NCBI GenBank assembly: GCA_964347045.1
Contig: CAYFXC010000001.1
Span: 96,001-160,000 of the forward strand
Source: an uncultured archaeon
Lineage (GTDB): Archaea > Asgardarchaeota > Hermodarchaeia > Hermodarchaeales > Hermodarchaeaceae
Direction of reading: 5' to 3'
Length of the DNA: 64,000 nt
Every line of letters starts with the position of its first letter. Position 1 is the first letter of the stretch. The translations under genes and the position numbers were made by a program. Below are positions 48,784 through 57,460 of the stretch, one piece after another. Under the pieces are notes generated by a model. The model saw only the letters and a program-made list of their open reading frames with translations. It had not been told where the DNA came from and ran no database searches.

Positions 48784-49968
48784 ATGGTATATCTTGTTGG
48801 TGAAGCCCTCGTAGGTAAAGGAAACGAAATTGCTCATATAGACCTCATCATAGGCGAAAAATCGGGACCAGTTGGAACGGCCTTTGCTCATGGAATGACC
48901 AATGTGTCTCATGGTCATTCGCCATTGTTAGCAGTAATTCGACCGAATCTGCCACCTAAACCGCATACACTCATTATCCCCAAAGTTACTGTGAAAGATA
49001 TGGGTGATGCAGAGAAAATCTTTGGTCCGGCACAAGCAGCAGTAGCGAAAGCCGTGGCTGACGCTTTAGAAGAGGGAATAATTCCAAAGGCAAAAGCGGA
49101 TGAATGGGTAGTCATTTGTAGCGTGTTCATTCACCCCGACGCAAAAGATTACCGAAGGATTTATCATTATAATTATGCTGCGACCAAGCTGTCGATTCAG
49201 CGTGCCCTTTCCAATTATCCCCCGGTGGACAAAATCATGTATGACAAAGATCGAGCAACCCACCCAATCATGGGTTTTCGAGTACCGCGATTATGGCGAC
49301 CACCGTATTTACAAATTGCATTGGATATTCCAAGCCTTGATAAGACAAAGAAGATTATCACAGCCTTACCACGAAGCGATAACATCATTTTAGAGGCGGG
49401 GACCACCCTCATCAAACGCTACGGCACTGCAGTGCTCAGTGACATCCGTGAAGTAGCGAAAGACAAATTCCTTGTTGCTGATCTCAAAACACTAGATGTA
49501 GGAAAGGTTGAAGTCGATTTAGCCTTTGATGAATCCGCCGATGCAGTTGTCGTCGCAGGATTGGCTTCAGTGGATACAATTGATCAATTCATCTATGAAA
49601 CCAACCGGCTTGGGATTTATTCCTTTGTTGATATGATGAACGTAGAAGACCCCATTGTAAAGCTCCAGAGTCTGAAAATGCCACCCAATGTCGTTATTAT
49701 GCATCGGGGAATTGACACAGAGGGTCGTGCAGACCATAAATGGGCCGTCGTAAAGGCTATAAAAACGGCATTCAAAGGCAAACGATTACTAATATCCGTG
49801 GCTGGAGGTATACGTCCAGACAATATTGATGCCGCCCTTAAAGCTAAAGCCGATATCATCGTTGTTGGACGATATATTACGCAATCTCGAGACGTTGAAA
49901 GATCAACTCGGGAATTCCTCACACAGATGCAAGGAGATATCGACTTGTTTAGGGTCCACACCGAGTAG
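48784..49968 (+). CDS. fae-hps: Bifunctional formaldehyde-activating enzyme / 3-hexulose-6-phosphate synthase
   Basis: GEALVG...[17 protein letters not shown] (Fae); LQIALD, EAGT, ADLKTLD, HRGID, VAGG (Hps). Confidence 0.95.
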   Translation: MVYLVGEALVGKGNEIAHIDLIIGEKSGPVGTAFAHGMTNVSHGHSPLLAVIRPNLPPKPHTLIIPKVTVKDMGDAEKIFGPAQAAVAKAVADALEEGIIPKAKADEWVVICSVFIHPDAKDYRRIYHYNYAATKLSIQRALSNYPPVDKIMYDKDRATHPIMGFRVPRLWRPPYLQIALDIPSLDKTKKIITALPRSDNIILEAGTTLIKRYGTAVLSDIREVAKDKFLVADLKTLDVGKVEVDLAFDESADAVVVAGLASVDTIDQFIYETNRLGIYSFVDMMNVEDPIVKLQSLKMPPNVVIMHRGIDTEGRADHKWAVVKAIKTAFKGKRLLISVAGGIRPDNIDAALKAKADIIVVGRYITQSRDVERSTREFLTQMQGDIDLFRVHTE

Positions 49969-50006
49969 ATCTTTTGAAATAAAGTGAAAAGAATTAGGCG
50001 AGTTCT

Positions 50007-51617
50007 CTATTTTTTCCAACATTTTTTTCTTATGTTATAGTAGATTTTCCATTTGGGATAGGAAAGACCATATTCATCAAAAATTGTTTCAGCGATTTCT
50101 CCGCATGATTTCCCCTTGTTCAAAAGGTTCAATATTATCGTAGAAACACCATCAGGTATTGGTTGTCTTATATTCGTAGCTCTTAACTTAATCATCTCAC
50201 CAACCTTTTCTGCCTTAACCTGGCGTCCGGAGGCATGCAAGAAAAAAGGCAAAGTTATGGCCTTAAGGAGGCTTTCTGCATTAACAATAACTACTTCGAT
50301 TTCGTTTCCGCGCGATATTATTCCGAATTTTTTCAATAGCTTCATAACAAGATGTTTATTTGGTCCGCAGGCATTGCCTAGAACTTGTGATTGGGTACTC
50401 GCATAACCATCACCATCATTAATACTCTGTAGAAACATTAAACGGACTTCATAGGGAGCATCGATTAGCCAGTCAGCTCTAATAGGGTCGTAAGTAGTCA
50501 GTTTCTTTGGTCCCATGCTAAGGCAGCTTCGCATTATCCAAGTAATCAATGGAGAGACCCCAGAAACACACAAATATTCTAATTCAGATTCAGAATAGCT
50601 GAAAGAGATTCCAAGTTGAGAAAGATAGAAGCAAGTAGCTTCGATTACCTGTTTACTCCATTTATACGATTTCGAAAGGCGGAGAGTTATTCCTGTTGAT
50701 GCATGGCTATTATTCGGTTTACTTGCGTCACTTACCATCATTCCTAAAACATAAGCAAAGGCTTGTTCTTTACTTGTGACGCCAAATTGTTCACAAAAAT
50801 AGTGTCTTTCTTCTGTGATTATTGGTGTCAGCAGATCAAGAACTTTACAAATTTGGTTCCAATTAGTAATTTTTACAGGAACCTGTATGAAATTAGTAGG
50901 TTCAAAACCGTGTCCAGCTTTCAATGTTCTTGGTAACCATTTATGTCCAGGTTCAACTTCTTCAGTGGGTATTTGCCGGGCAAGGTTGACTAAATCAGGC
51001 CTTATCTTGTTTAGTAACCATTTTCTCACAAACCCACGATCTTTCCCGATTTCTTTAGCAATATCTGCAATATTTCCTCCCTCTTTGAATAGTTCAATTG
51101 CATGAAAGTATTTTTCAACTTGAGTGAGACGATGTTGATAACCGAATAGCCCAGTTAACTCCTGGAAATGATAATAGGATTTTAGACGACCCATAAGGTC
51201 ATTAATAGAGCAAATACCATTATTTTCCCGATTTATCTCAGTAATTTTAGCAAGAGCTTCGGTCTTAGAAAAGGCATTTTCAAGGAGTTGGTATAAGCGA
51301 GGTCGACGAGCCTTCTTTATATAAGCCGTTATAAGAACCAATTGAGCCTCAAGAGACCTAGTTCTACAGGTTTTCCGGGCAAGATTAGTTAAGTACCCAA
51401 ATCTCAGATGTTTTTTATTTCTTAGCTTTTTTACGAGGTCGAAATGCAGCTCAGCATTTTCAAGTAACCTATGAAACCGTCGATTACGTTTGATACCGGG
51501 GTATTCACTGTCAATAATAAGGTGAAGGTGTTCTTTTTCCTTAATACCAAATTCACCAATACGAGGATGCCAGATCTTAACATTAGCTGAAATTCTGTTT
51601 GTCCCTTCTTTGAAGTA
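50007..51617 (-). CDS. Free-standing LAGLIDADG homing-endonuclease-like protein with N-terminal HTH repeats (start uncertain; first standard start is TTG 51341)
   Basis: AYVLGMMVSDAS and MFLQSINDGDGY motifs; frame stays open 92 codons upstream of 51341. Confidence 0.65.
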   Translation of the reverse strand, partial: YFKEGTNRISANVKIWHPRIGEFGIKEKEHLHLIIDSEYPGIKRNRRFHRLLENAELHFDLVKKLRNKKHLRFGYLTNLARKTCRTRSLEAQLVLITAYIKKARRPRLYQLLENAFSKTEALAKITEINRENNGICSINDLMGRLKSYYHFQELTGLFGYQHRLTQVEKYFHAIELFKEGGNIADIAKEIGKDRGFVRKWLLNKIRPDLVNLARQIPTEEVEPGHKWLPRTLKAGHGFEPTNFIQVPVKITNWNQICKVLDLLTPIITEERHYFCEQFGVTSKEQAFAYVLGMMVSDASKPNNSHASTGITLRLSKSYKWSKQVIEATCFYLSQLGISFSYSESELEYLCVSGVSPLITWIMRSCLSMGPKKLTTYDPIRADWLIDAPYEVRLMFLQSINDGDGYASTQSQVLGNACGPNKHLVMKLLKKFGIISRGNEIEVVIVNAESLLKAITLPFFLHASGRQVKAEKVGEMIKLRATNIRQPIPDGVSTIILNLLNKGKSCGEIAETIFDEYGLSYPKWKIYYNIRKKCWKK

Positions 51618-51668
51618 CTATCAGTTATTCATTTTTAAACTAAAGAACTCCACGACCCAGGATTATTA

Positions 51669-52181
51669 TTAGAATTTGTATTCAACTTCTATTTCGTGGA
51701 GAGAAATCTCTGGTGGGAGCCAGCTTCTAAGATGCTGTTCGAGCATTTCCGCGAGGAGTACTCCCGGTTCAGCCAATGATTGGTGCCGAATTTCCATCTT
51801 GATGTGGAGTGTGCCATACAGAAGGTGGAGGTGGAAACTTAAGTCCGCAAACAGTATACTGCTACTAGGGTCGCCCCATATTGGGTCAGCTTCCGGGAAT
51901 TCGCGGTTCGGTCGGTTACACCCAAACGTAGTGATTGCACTGCGACCCATGGCGTTTTCAGAGGCAGAAACTCTATACGGTTCATTTAGATCGTAGATGA
52001 TTGGCACAAGCTTCTGTTCGCTAGCCCACAAGCGCATGATGTCGGCGACTTCTTGATAGATTCGTTCGAAGTGTGGGGGGAGCTTATCGAACTGCTTGAC
52101 TTTCACCATGCCATTTCCACTCATCACATAGATGGTGGTTCTCTTTGAAAAATCTGACCATAACGAATTTAATAGACTCAA
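51669..52181 (-). CDS. Hypothetical protein
   Basis: 170-aa ORF; likely real start nearer 52109; no family recognised. Confidence 0.5.
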   Translation of the reverse strand: MSLLNSLWSDFSKRTTIYVMSGNGMVKVKQFDKLPPHFERIYQEVADIMRLWASEQKLVPIIYDLNEPYRVSASENAMGRSAITTFGCNRPNREFPEADPIWGDPSSSILFADLSFHLHLLYGTLHIKMEIRHQSLAEPGVLLAEMLEQHLRSWLPPEISLHEIEVEYKF

Positions 52182-52188
52182 ATCACGA

Positions 52189-52256
52189 TATGTTGGTGCA
52201 GCTATCGTTGTAGTCGTAGTGCTGTCGTGGTTCTGCTTGTCAAACGTCGAGAATAG
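52189..52256 (+). pseudogene. Frameshifted remnant of a C-terminal TM anchor with basic tail
   Basis: YVGAAIVVVVV / VVVLLVKRRE* split across two frames, with no upstream ORF. Confidence 0.35.
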
Positions 52257-52472
52257 GATCTTACTAACGAGAACCGCCTTGACTCGGAGAATGAGTAACT
52301 GAATTAGTGCTTATTGAAGAGTATCTATGACATGCACCGAAGGTAACGCTACCTATTGGAGTTTGCTCAGTTTCTGCGGATACTTCTGTTGAATAGAAAA
52401 ATTCAAGAACCTACACAAACCTAACAAACCTAAGCAATTATTTATGAAAATTGCTGGGAGTGTATTCCTAAG

Positions 52473-52772
52473 ATGCCTTCGGGTATCAAACGACTCGTTC
52501 TCGATGTTCTCAAACCACACATGCCGAACCTTGTTGAAATAGCAACATTGGTCGGAAAAATAGATGGCGTCGTTGGTGTTAACGTCGCCCTTGTCGAAGT
52601 CGACTCTGCTACGGAGTCAATAAAAGTAACTGTTGAAGGCGATAACCTCGAATTTGAAGAGGTTAGATGTGCCCTCGAAGCCTGTGGCGCTTCCGTTCAC
52701 TCAATTGATCAAGTAGTTGCCGGACGTACAGTTGTGGAAGAGGTAAAAACCCATATGGAAAACCGCGGTTAG
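52473..52772 (+). CDS. DUF211 family protein
   Basis: IKRLVLDVLKPH...SVHSIDQV. Confidence 0.9.
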   Translation: MPSGIKRLVLDVLKPHMPNLVEIATLVGKIDGVVGVNVALVEVDSATESIKVTVEGDNLEFEEVRCALEACGASVHSIDQVVAGRTVVEEVKTHMENRG

Positions 52773-53479
52773 ATTCCTAACACCCACTTAGAATTCTCAA
52801 TCAATGCTTCTACATGAGGTGCTAAAAGCTCGTAAAGCGAATTATAAAACACTCTTGGAAGAATCTGTAGAACATTAAAAATCCGATTCAATAGACCACT
52901 CATAACCGGTTCTAAAAGTTCAGGACGGCTACTAATTTGCGAGGTTAAAACTGCGTCAATAGCAGCTTCTTCGGCTAATCCATCAATTAGGCGATAGATT
53001 GGTCCTGATCTTTCAAGAAAATATGGAAGACCCCGTTCGTCATAAAGGACAATAATATTTAGTTTTTCGACAACACGTTTTGCATACCAGTCTATGCTCG
53101 AATCCTTAGCTGAAAACGATTCATGAAAAAGAGGTTCGGCTGGTCGTCGTTTTGTGATCTTTGATGATTCGGCTGAAAAGTAACTCCGAGGAACAAGATT
53201 GGGGTATGTGTTGGGATGTCGGAATGCTATGTAAGTGACTGCAGCAAAGAGTGCTTCCGGTTCGCGACCAATTTCTTGAGTTCCAAGATGGCTCGCTAGA
53301 ATGCGAAGCGATGGAAGAATTAAATCCTGACGAACCTTCTTTGAAGTAAACAAACGGTATGCTTGTTTTAGGTATACTGATGGTGTCTTCAGATCAGTTC
53401 GTACGGTTCCTTCTACTCTGATCTTTGACGCCAAATCCATTTGTCTCCGCAGGAAATTACTACCCCATGTATGAGACAT
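52769..53479 (-). CDS. Hypothetical protein with one TFB/cyclin-box-like repeat
   Basis: TPSVYL...GREPEALFAAVTYIA...SSIDWYAKRVVEKLNI. Confidence 0.55.
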   Translation of the reverse strand: MSHTWGSNFLRRQMDLASKIRVEGTVRTDLKTPSVYLKQAYRLFTSKKVRQDLILPSLRILASHLGTQEIGREPEALFAAVTYIAFRHPNTYPNLVPRSYFSAESSKITKRRPAEPLFHESFSAKDSSIDWYAKRVVEKLNIIVLYDERGLPYFLERSGPIYRLIDGLAEEAAIDAVLTSQISSRPELLEPVMSGLLNRIFNVLQILPRVFYNSLYELLAPHVEALIENSKWVLGI

Positions 53480-53535
53480 AGGTCCTAAATATATTTTAGG
53501 CGAGGCTCATGTTCAAGCTTGATGTTCACCTTTCT

Positions 53536-53913
53536 CTACGTAATGTGGCCTGCTTCTTCAAGGTATTGCTTTTCTTCTGGTGTAAGGTGTGTTTGTACAA
53601 ATTCTATACCTTTTTCCGTCATTGAAACTTGTGCCATCGTATTAGTCTTTGAAAATATGGTTACAAATCCTCTTTCTTTTAATCTTTGAAGCACAGCAAA
53701 GACAATTTGGTTCAATTCCTTATCAGTGACATTTGGTTTTCCGTTAGGGCGTTGAAATTCCGGAATGTGTTTTAGAACATGACGTAGAGATGCCAGCGTA
53801 CGTCGCCTTGTTTCATGGGGGTTGGAATAGAGCCAGAGAATGAGTACATAATCTATTACTTCGCCTGAATGCTGGCGATGCAATTGACGGGCAAGATAGT
53901 AAACGGCGGGCAA
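53536..53913 (-). CDS. Hypothetical winged-helix protein
   Basis: VLQRLKERGFV...VSMTEKG wing motif. Confidence 0.6.
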   Translation of the reverse strand: MPAVYYLARQLHRQHSGEVIDYVLILWLYSNPHETRRRTLASLRHVLKHIPEFQRPNGKPNVTDKELNQIVFAVLQRLKERGFVTIFSKTNTMAQVSMTEKGIEFVQTHLTPEEKQYLEEAGHIT

Positions 53914-53967
53914 TATCTTCGCTTTATGTTAGTTGAATAATTGTTTAAAAGTTACCAAACGTCCTGT

Positions 53968-54708
53968 TTAATCCCCTGTCCATTGGTAGGTTCCTTTTGA
54001 AGTCTTGATGATATAGCCTTGGCTTCTTAGCAGATTCAATGCTTCTTCTATTCCCGCACTGGGTCCCACTATGTCTTCAAGTCGTTTGATCAGTTCTTTG
54101 TGGCTAAGGGAAATTTGTGCATCACGTAGAATAGTTCCAATTATGCGTGCTAGTTTTGTAGGGCTGGCTTTTCTAAGTTGTTTATCGATTGATGTATTTT
54201 CATCCATTACTAACCTGACTTGCCAAGGTTTAGGTAAAATGAGATGACCAGTTCGAATGAGGGTTTCAATTTGCTGTGTAGCCCAATCCCAAGGGATTCC
54301 AGCTTTAAGGCACTCTTGTTCTAAAACCTGTAAATCAAGAGGGCTTGTTTGGGCATGTTCATGTAGAATCCGCTCTAATTCTTGGTGTCGGGTCGAAGCT
54401 GTTTTTATTCTTTGCTTCGAATCCTGCAGGTGTTCTAAATTTATTTTTTTATCTGGAATTAGATTGTGGATTTTATCTCGTGATTTCTCCATTGCTTCTA
54501 TGAATTCCTTATGATGTTTTCCTGTTTGATAGAGTTTTACTCGGGTTCTCGCGGTATTTGCATCCTCTACAAACACTGCACTTAATGGGTTAATTTTGAA
54601 AATTCGTTGGCAATATACACATAATCGCGTCTTTTGGCGAGTGGGAGCATATGTGTAACGTCCACATCTTGGGCATCGAATTATGTAAAATCCTTCCCGT
54701 GACATCAA
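53968..54708 (-). CDS. Zn-ribbon (DUF1922-like) plus tandem winged-helix protein
   Basis: CPRCG...CVYC; IETLIRTGHL and LNLLRSQGYII...GTY. Confidence 0.65.
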   Translation of the reverse strand: MMSREGFYIIRCPRCGRYTYAPTRQKTRLCVYCQRIFKINPLSAVFVEDANTARTRVKLYQTGKHHKEFIEAMEKSRDKIHNLIPDKKINLEHLQDSKQRIKTASTRHQELERILHEHAQTSPLDLQVLEQECLKAGIPWDWATQQIETLIRTGHLILPKPWQVRLVMDENTSIDKQLRKASPTKLARIIGTILRDAQISLSHKELIKRLEDIVGPSAGIEEALNLLRSQGYIIKTSKGTYQWTGD

Positions 54709-54748
54709 GACAACCAGCGCCGTAAGCCTAATTAGCCTTTCGTGTTAA

Positions 54749-55087
54749 ATGTCCTCAATTGGGAACACTCATATGAGTTTTGGATTAGATCAGTATTTTA
54801 AAAAGAAAAAGCCTACCAAGAAAAATGAGACTGAACCTAAAGAAGAAGAGGTCATAGAAATATTAGAAACTGGTTCGTCAGAAACTCGAAATTGGCCTTT
54901 AATTTTAGAAGAGACTGTTAAATCCATGGTACTCTATCCCCATCTACTTGATTATACACGAACCAATATATTTCCCAAACGTCCCCAAATAACTGCTGAA
55001 GAGCTTGCAATTCAACTTCGAGTTCCTTTGGGGGTTGCAATTGTTCTTCTTGACAAGCTTCATAGTGAGATTCAGGAAACGAAATAA
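54749..55087 (+). CDS. Hypothetical protein (C-terminal HTH-like)
   Basis: ITAEELAIQLRVPLGVAIVLL. Confidence 0.55.
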   Translation: MSSIGNTHMSFGLDQYFKKKKPTKKNETEPKEEEVIEILETGSSETRNWPLILEETVKSMVLYPHLLDYTRTNIFPKRPQITAEELAIQLRVPLGVAIVLLDKLHSEIQETK

Positions 55088-55094
55088 CGCAGTC

Positions 55095-55859
55095 TCATGT
55101 TAGTGGTTCAGCCGATTGATAGAGATAGAGAAAATATATTTTGGCTAATTCTCCTAATTCAGTGTGGCTTGTCCAGATAGCTAGCGATTCAGCTGGTTGT
55201 GCTGTTAGCATGATAATTGCTTGCTTTTCATCAATAATAGCGCCGCCACCGTAGATTTCTTTTCGTTTCCGTCCCTCGCCAACTGCAAAGATTAGTCGTT
55301 TAACTTTGTCTGTTAATGTCTGTTCAGATACAAGGATTTGGATTTTAACTCCGCGGTCACGAAGGTGTAACAGTGTCGGGCTAATGAACTCGATGTCTTC
55401 TTCGTTAATAATCCCCCAAGAAAGAAGAACGCTTCGTTCTGCTTGTCCAAGTGCAACATTCAACTTTGCTCGGACATTATTTGATCCATGGAGAATGTGG
55501 ACTTCTGGAGCAGAGATTTTCGTTTTTTCATCAAACAAAGGTTGTAGATTCTCAATGACCCTTTGTTCCCATTCCGCTAGACGATCTTGAGCTGAGAGAA
55601 CCGCTGCCTTGGATGTTTCGCGAGGGCTTTTTGGAACATATCGTTTAGGGCGTCCCTGCTCAATGGTTATCCATCCTCCTTTATCAAGAGCTGCTAATAC
55701 ATCGTAAACACGGCTAAACGGAATCCGAGAATGTGAACTCACTTCACTTGCAGTTAGAGCTCCATTTCTAACCAAAGAGATATACACCCGAGCTTCGTAA
55801 CTACTCAACCCTAAGTTTCGGAGTGCTCGCATTGTTCCTTCATCTATGCGCTCACCCAT
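55095..55859 (-). CDS. TrmB family transcriptional regulator
   Basis: LGLSSYEARVY...IPFSRVYDVL...GRPKRY. Confidence 0.9.
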   Translation of the reverse strand: MGERIDEGTMRALRNLGLSSYEARVYISLVRNGALTASEVSSHSRIPFSRVYDVLAALDKGGWITIEQGRPKRYVPKSPRETSKAAVLSAQDRLAEWEQRVIENLQPLFDEKTKISAPEVHILHGSNNVRAKLNVALGQAERSVLLSWGIINEEDIEFISPTLLHLRDRGVKIQILVSEQTLTDKVKRLIFAVGEGRKRKEIYGGGAIIDEKQAIIMLTAQPAESLAIWTSHTELGELAKIYFLYLYQSAEPLT

Positions 55860-55937
55860 TTCAATCACACTCCGACAGCACATAACCTGCGAAAAAACCT
55901 TTTTGGTCACCGAGTGAAATGTACTATGGGTGACACA

Positions 55938-56861
55938 ATGGGATTTATACGGCAGCCTGTTGCGATCGGCTTTTATCCACCGGAGAAAGTGGCTCTTGAA
56001 GAATCAATTAAAACCGCTTTTGCTGACCCACATGGAGCGGGACAGATTCCTTCTATTAATCCGAAGCGCATAAAGAATTTAATTGCGGGTGTAGCTCCTC
56101 ATGCGGGCTTCATCTACTCAGGACCCATCGCTTCGCATTTATACAAAGCCAGTGCGGAGGATGGATTTCCTGAGACATTCCTACTAATTGGTGCAAAACA
56201 TAGGCTGTTGCAGTTCCCAGGTGCGGCTTTAATGGTTGAGGGGGCTTGGGAAACGCCTCTCGGAAAATGCAATATTGACTCCCCTTTTGCCAAACTTTTA
56301 TTAAAGCAAAGTCAAGATTCTGGGACAAATTGCATAATCGAAAGTACTGAAGCCCACATGGGCGAGCATTCAATTGAAGTTCAATTGCCTTTTCTCCAGT
56401 TTTTAGGGAAAAATCACGATTTTCGAATTGTTCCCTTAGTAATTTCTTCTTCAAAATATTCCGTTTGCGAGAAAGTGGGAAATACAATTGCTGATGCGGT
56501 TCAAAAAAGTAAACGAGATGTGTTTATTATTGCTAGTACGGACTTCACTCATTATGGTAAATACTTTTACGATTATGCTCCTGTTGGAAGTGGTCCTGTC
56601 GAAAAAATAATCAAATGGATTCATGAAACAGATGGTGACCTAATAAGCAAAATTGAGCAATTAAACGGTAAAGCTCTCTTGGACACCGTGGTGAAAGAAA
56701 ATCGAACTATGTGTGGGGCAAGTGCCGTAGCCACAACAATTGCAGCAGCAACACATCTTGGTGCAACAAATGGGACATGCCTAAAGTACGCAACAAGTTA
56801 TGATATTCGCGGGAGTTCAGAAGCAATAGTTGGCTATGCTTCAATTACCTTAAATCGTTAA
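55938..56861 (+). CDS. MEMO1 family protein (AmmeMemoRadiSam protein B)
   Basis: RQP...FYP, PHAGFIYSG, EHSIEVQLPFLQ, STDFTHYG, TMCG, VGYAS. Confidence 0.93.
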   Translation: MGFIRQPVAIGFYPPEKVALEESIKTAFADPHGAGQIPSINPKRIKNLIAGVAPHAGFIYSGPIASHLYKASAEDGFPETFLLIGAKHRLLQFPGAALMVEGAWETPLGKCNIDSPFAKLLLKQSQDSGTNCIIESTEAHMGEHSIEVQLPFLQFLGKNHDFRIVPLVISSSKYSVCEKVGNTIADAVQKSKRDVFIIASTDFTHYGKYFYDYAPVGSGPVEKIIKWIHETDGDLISKIEQLNGKALLDTVVKENRTMCGASAVATTIAAATHLGATNGTCLKYATSYDIRGSSEAIVGYASITLNR

Positions 56862-57460
56862 GTAGTAATTGTCTTCTTTGGCGCATTTTTACCCATTTCT
56901 AGAGCTGAAATGTTCATTTCGTGATACCGATTAGGTAGAATATCCCTAATTGTAGTAATTACCGTTTCTTCTTTGATAGGAAGTAACTTCAAACCAATAG
57001 CCGCACCAATAAGCACTATATTCATTGTCAGAATTCCACCTGCTTCTTGGGCAAATTTGGCTGCATCAAAGGTTATGACCTTGGCGAACTTCGCTAAATT
57101 CTGTAAAATTGTTTCATCGCTAGGATATTCTGCACGACCAAGAAGTACTGCTGTTGGAGTAATTCGATACTGTCCAACAATAATGGTTCCTGAAGGCATT
57201 ACTCGATTTACGTTACGAAGGGCTTCAATGGGTTCGATGCTTAAGAGTAAATCCGCTTTACCCGTAGGAATAATTGGGCCATGAACGTTTTCTCCAATTC
57301 TGATGCTGCATTTCACAGCCCCGAGGCGTTGAGACATACCGTGAATTTCCCCCAATCTGACATTCAGCCCTTCATTAAGTGCTGCGGATGCTAAAATTCG
57401 TGCTGCAGTAATAACGCCTGTTCCGCCCACTCCTGTAAACATAATATTAAACTCTTTCAT
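56858..57460 (-). CDS. iorB: Indolepyruvate:ferredoxin oxidoreductase beta subunit
   Basis: GVGGTG, EIHGMSQRLG, EP.EALR. Confidence 0.92.
   Translation of the reverse strand: MKEFNIMFTGVGGTGVITAARILASAALNEGLNVRLGEIHGMSQRLGAVKCSIRIGENVHGPIIPTGKADLLLSIEPIEALRNVNRVMPSGTIIVGQYRITPTAVLLGRAEYPSDETILQNLAKFAKVITFDAAKFAQEAGGILTMNIVLIGAAIGLKLLPIKEETVITTIRDILPNRYHEMNISALEMGKNAPKKTITT

Noticed and set aside
50007-51341. Intein or group I intron
   Set aside because: No Cys/Ser start, no His-Asn end, and no interrupted host gene or rRNA
51618-51623. Sec/Pyl recoding of tandem TGA TAG in the LAGLIDADG frame
   Set aside because: No SECIS/PYLIS-like structure noticed, not a catalytic position, and double read-through is implausible
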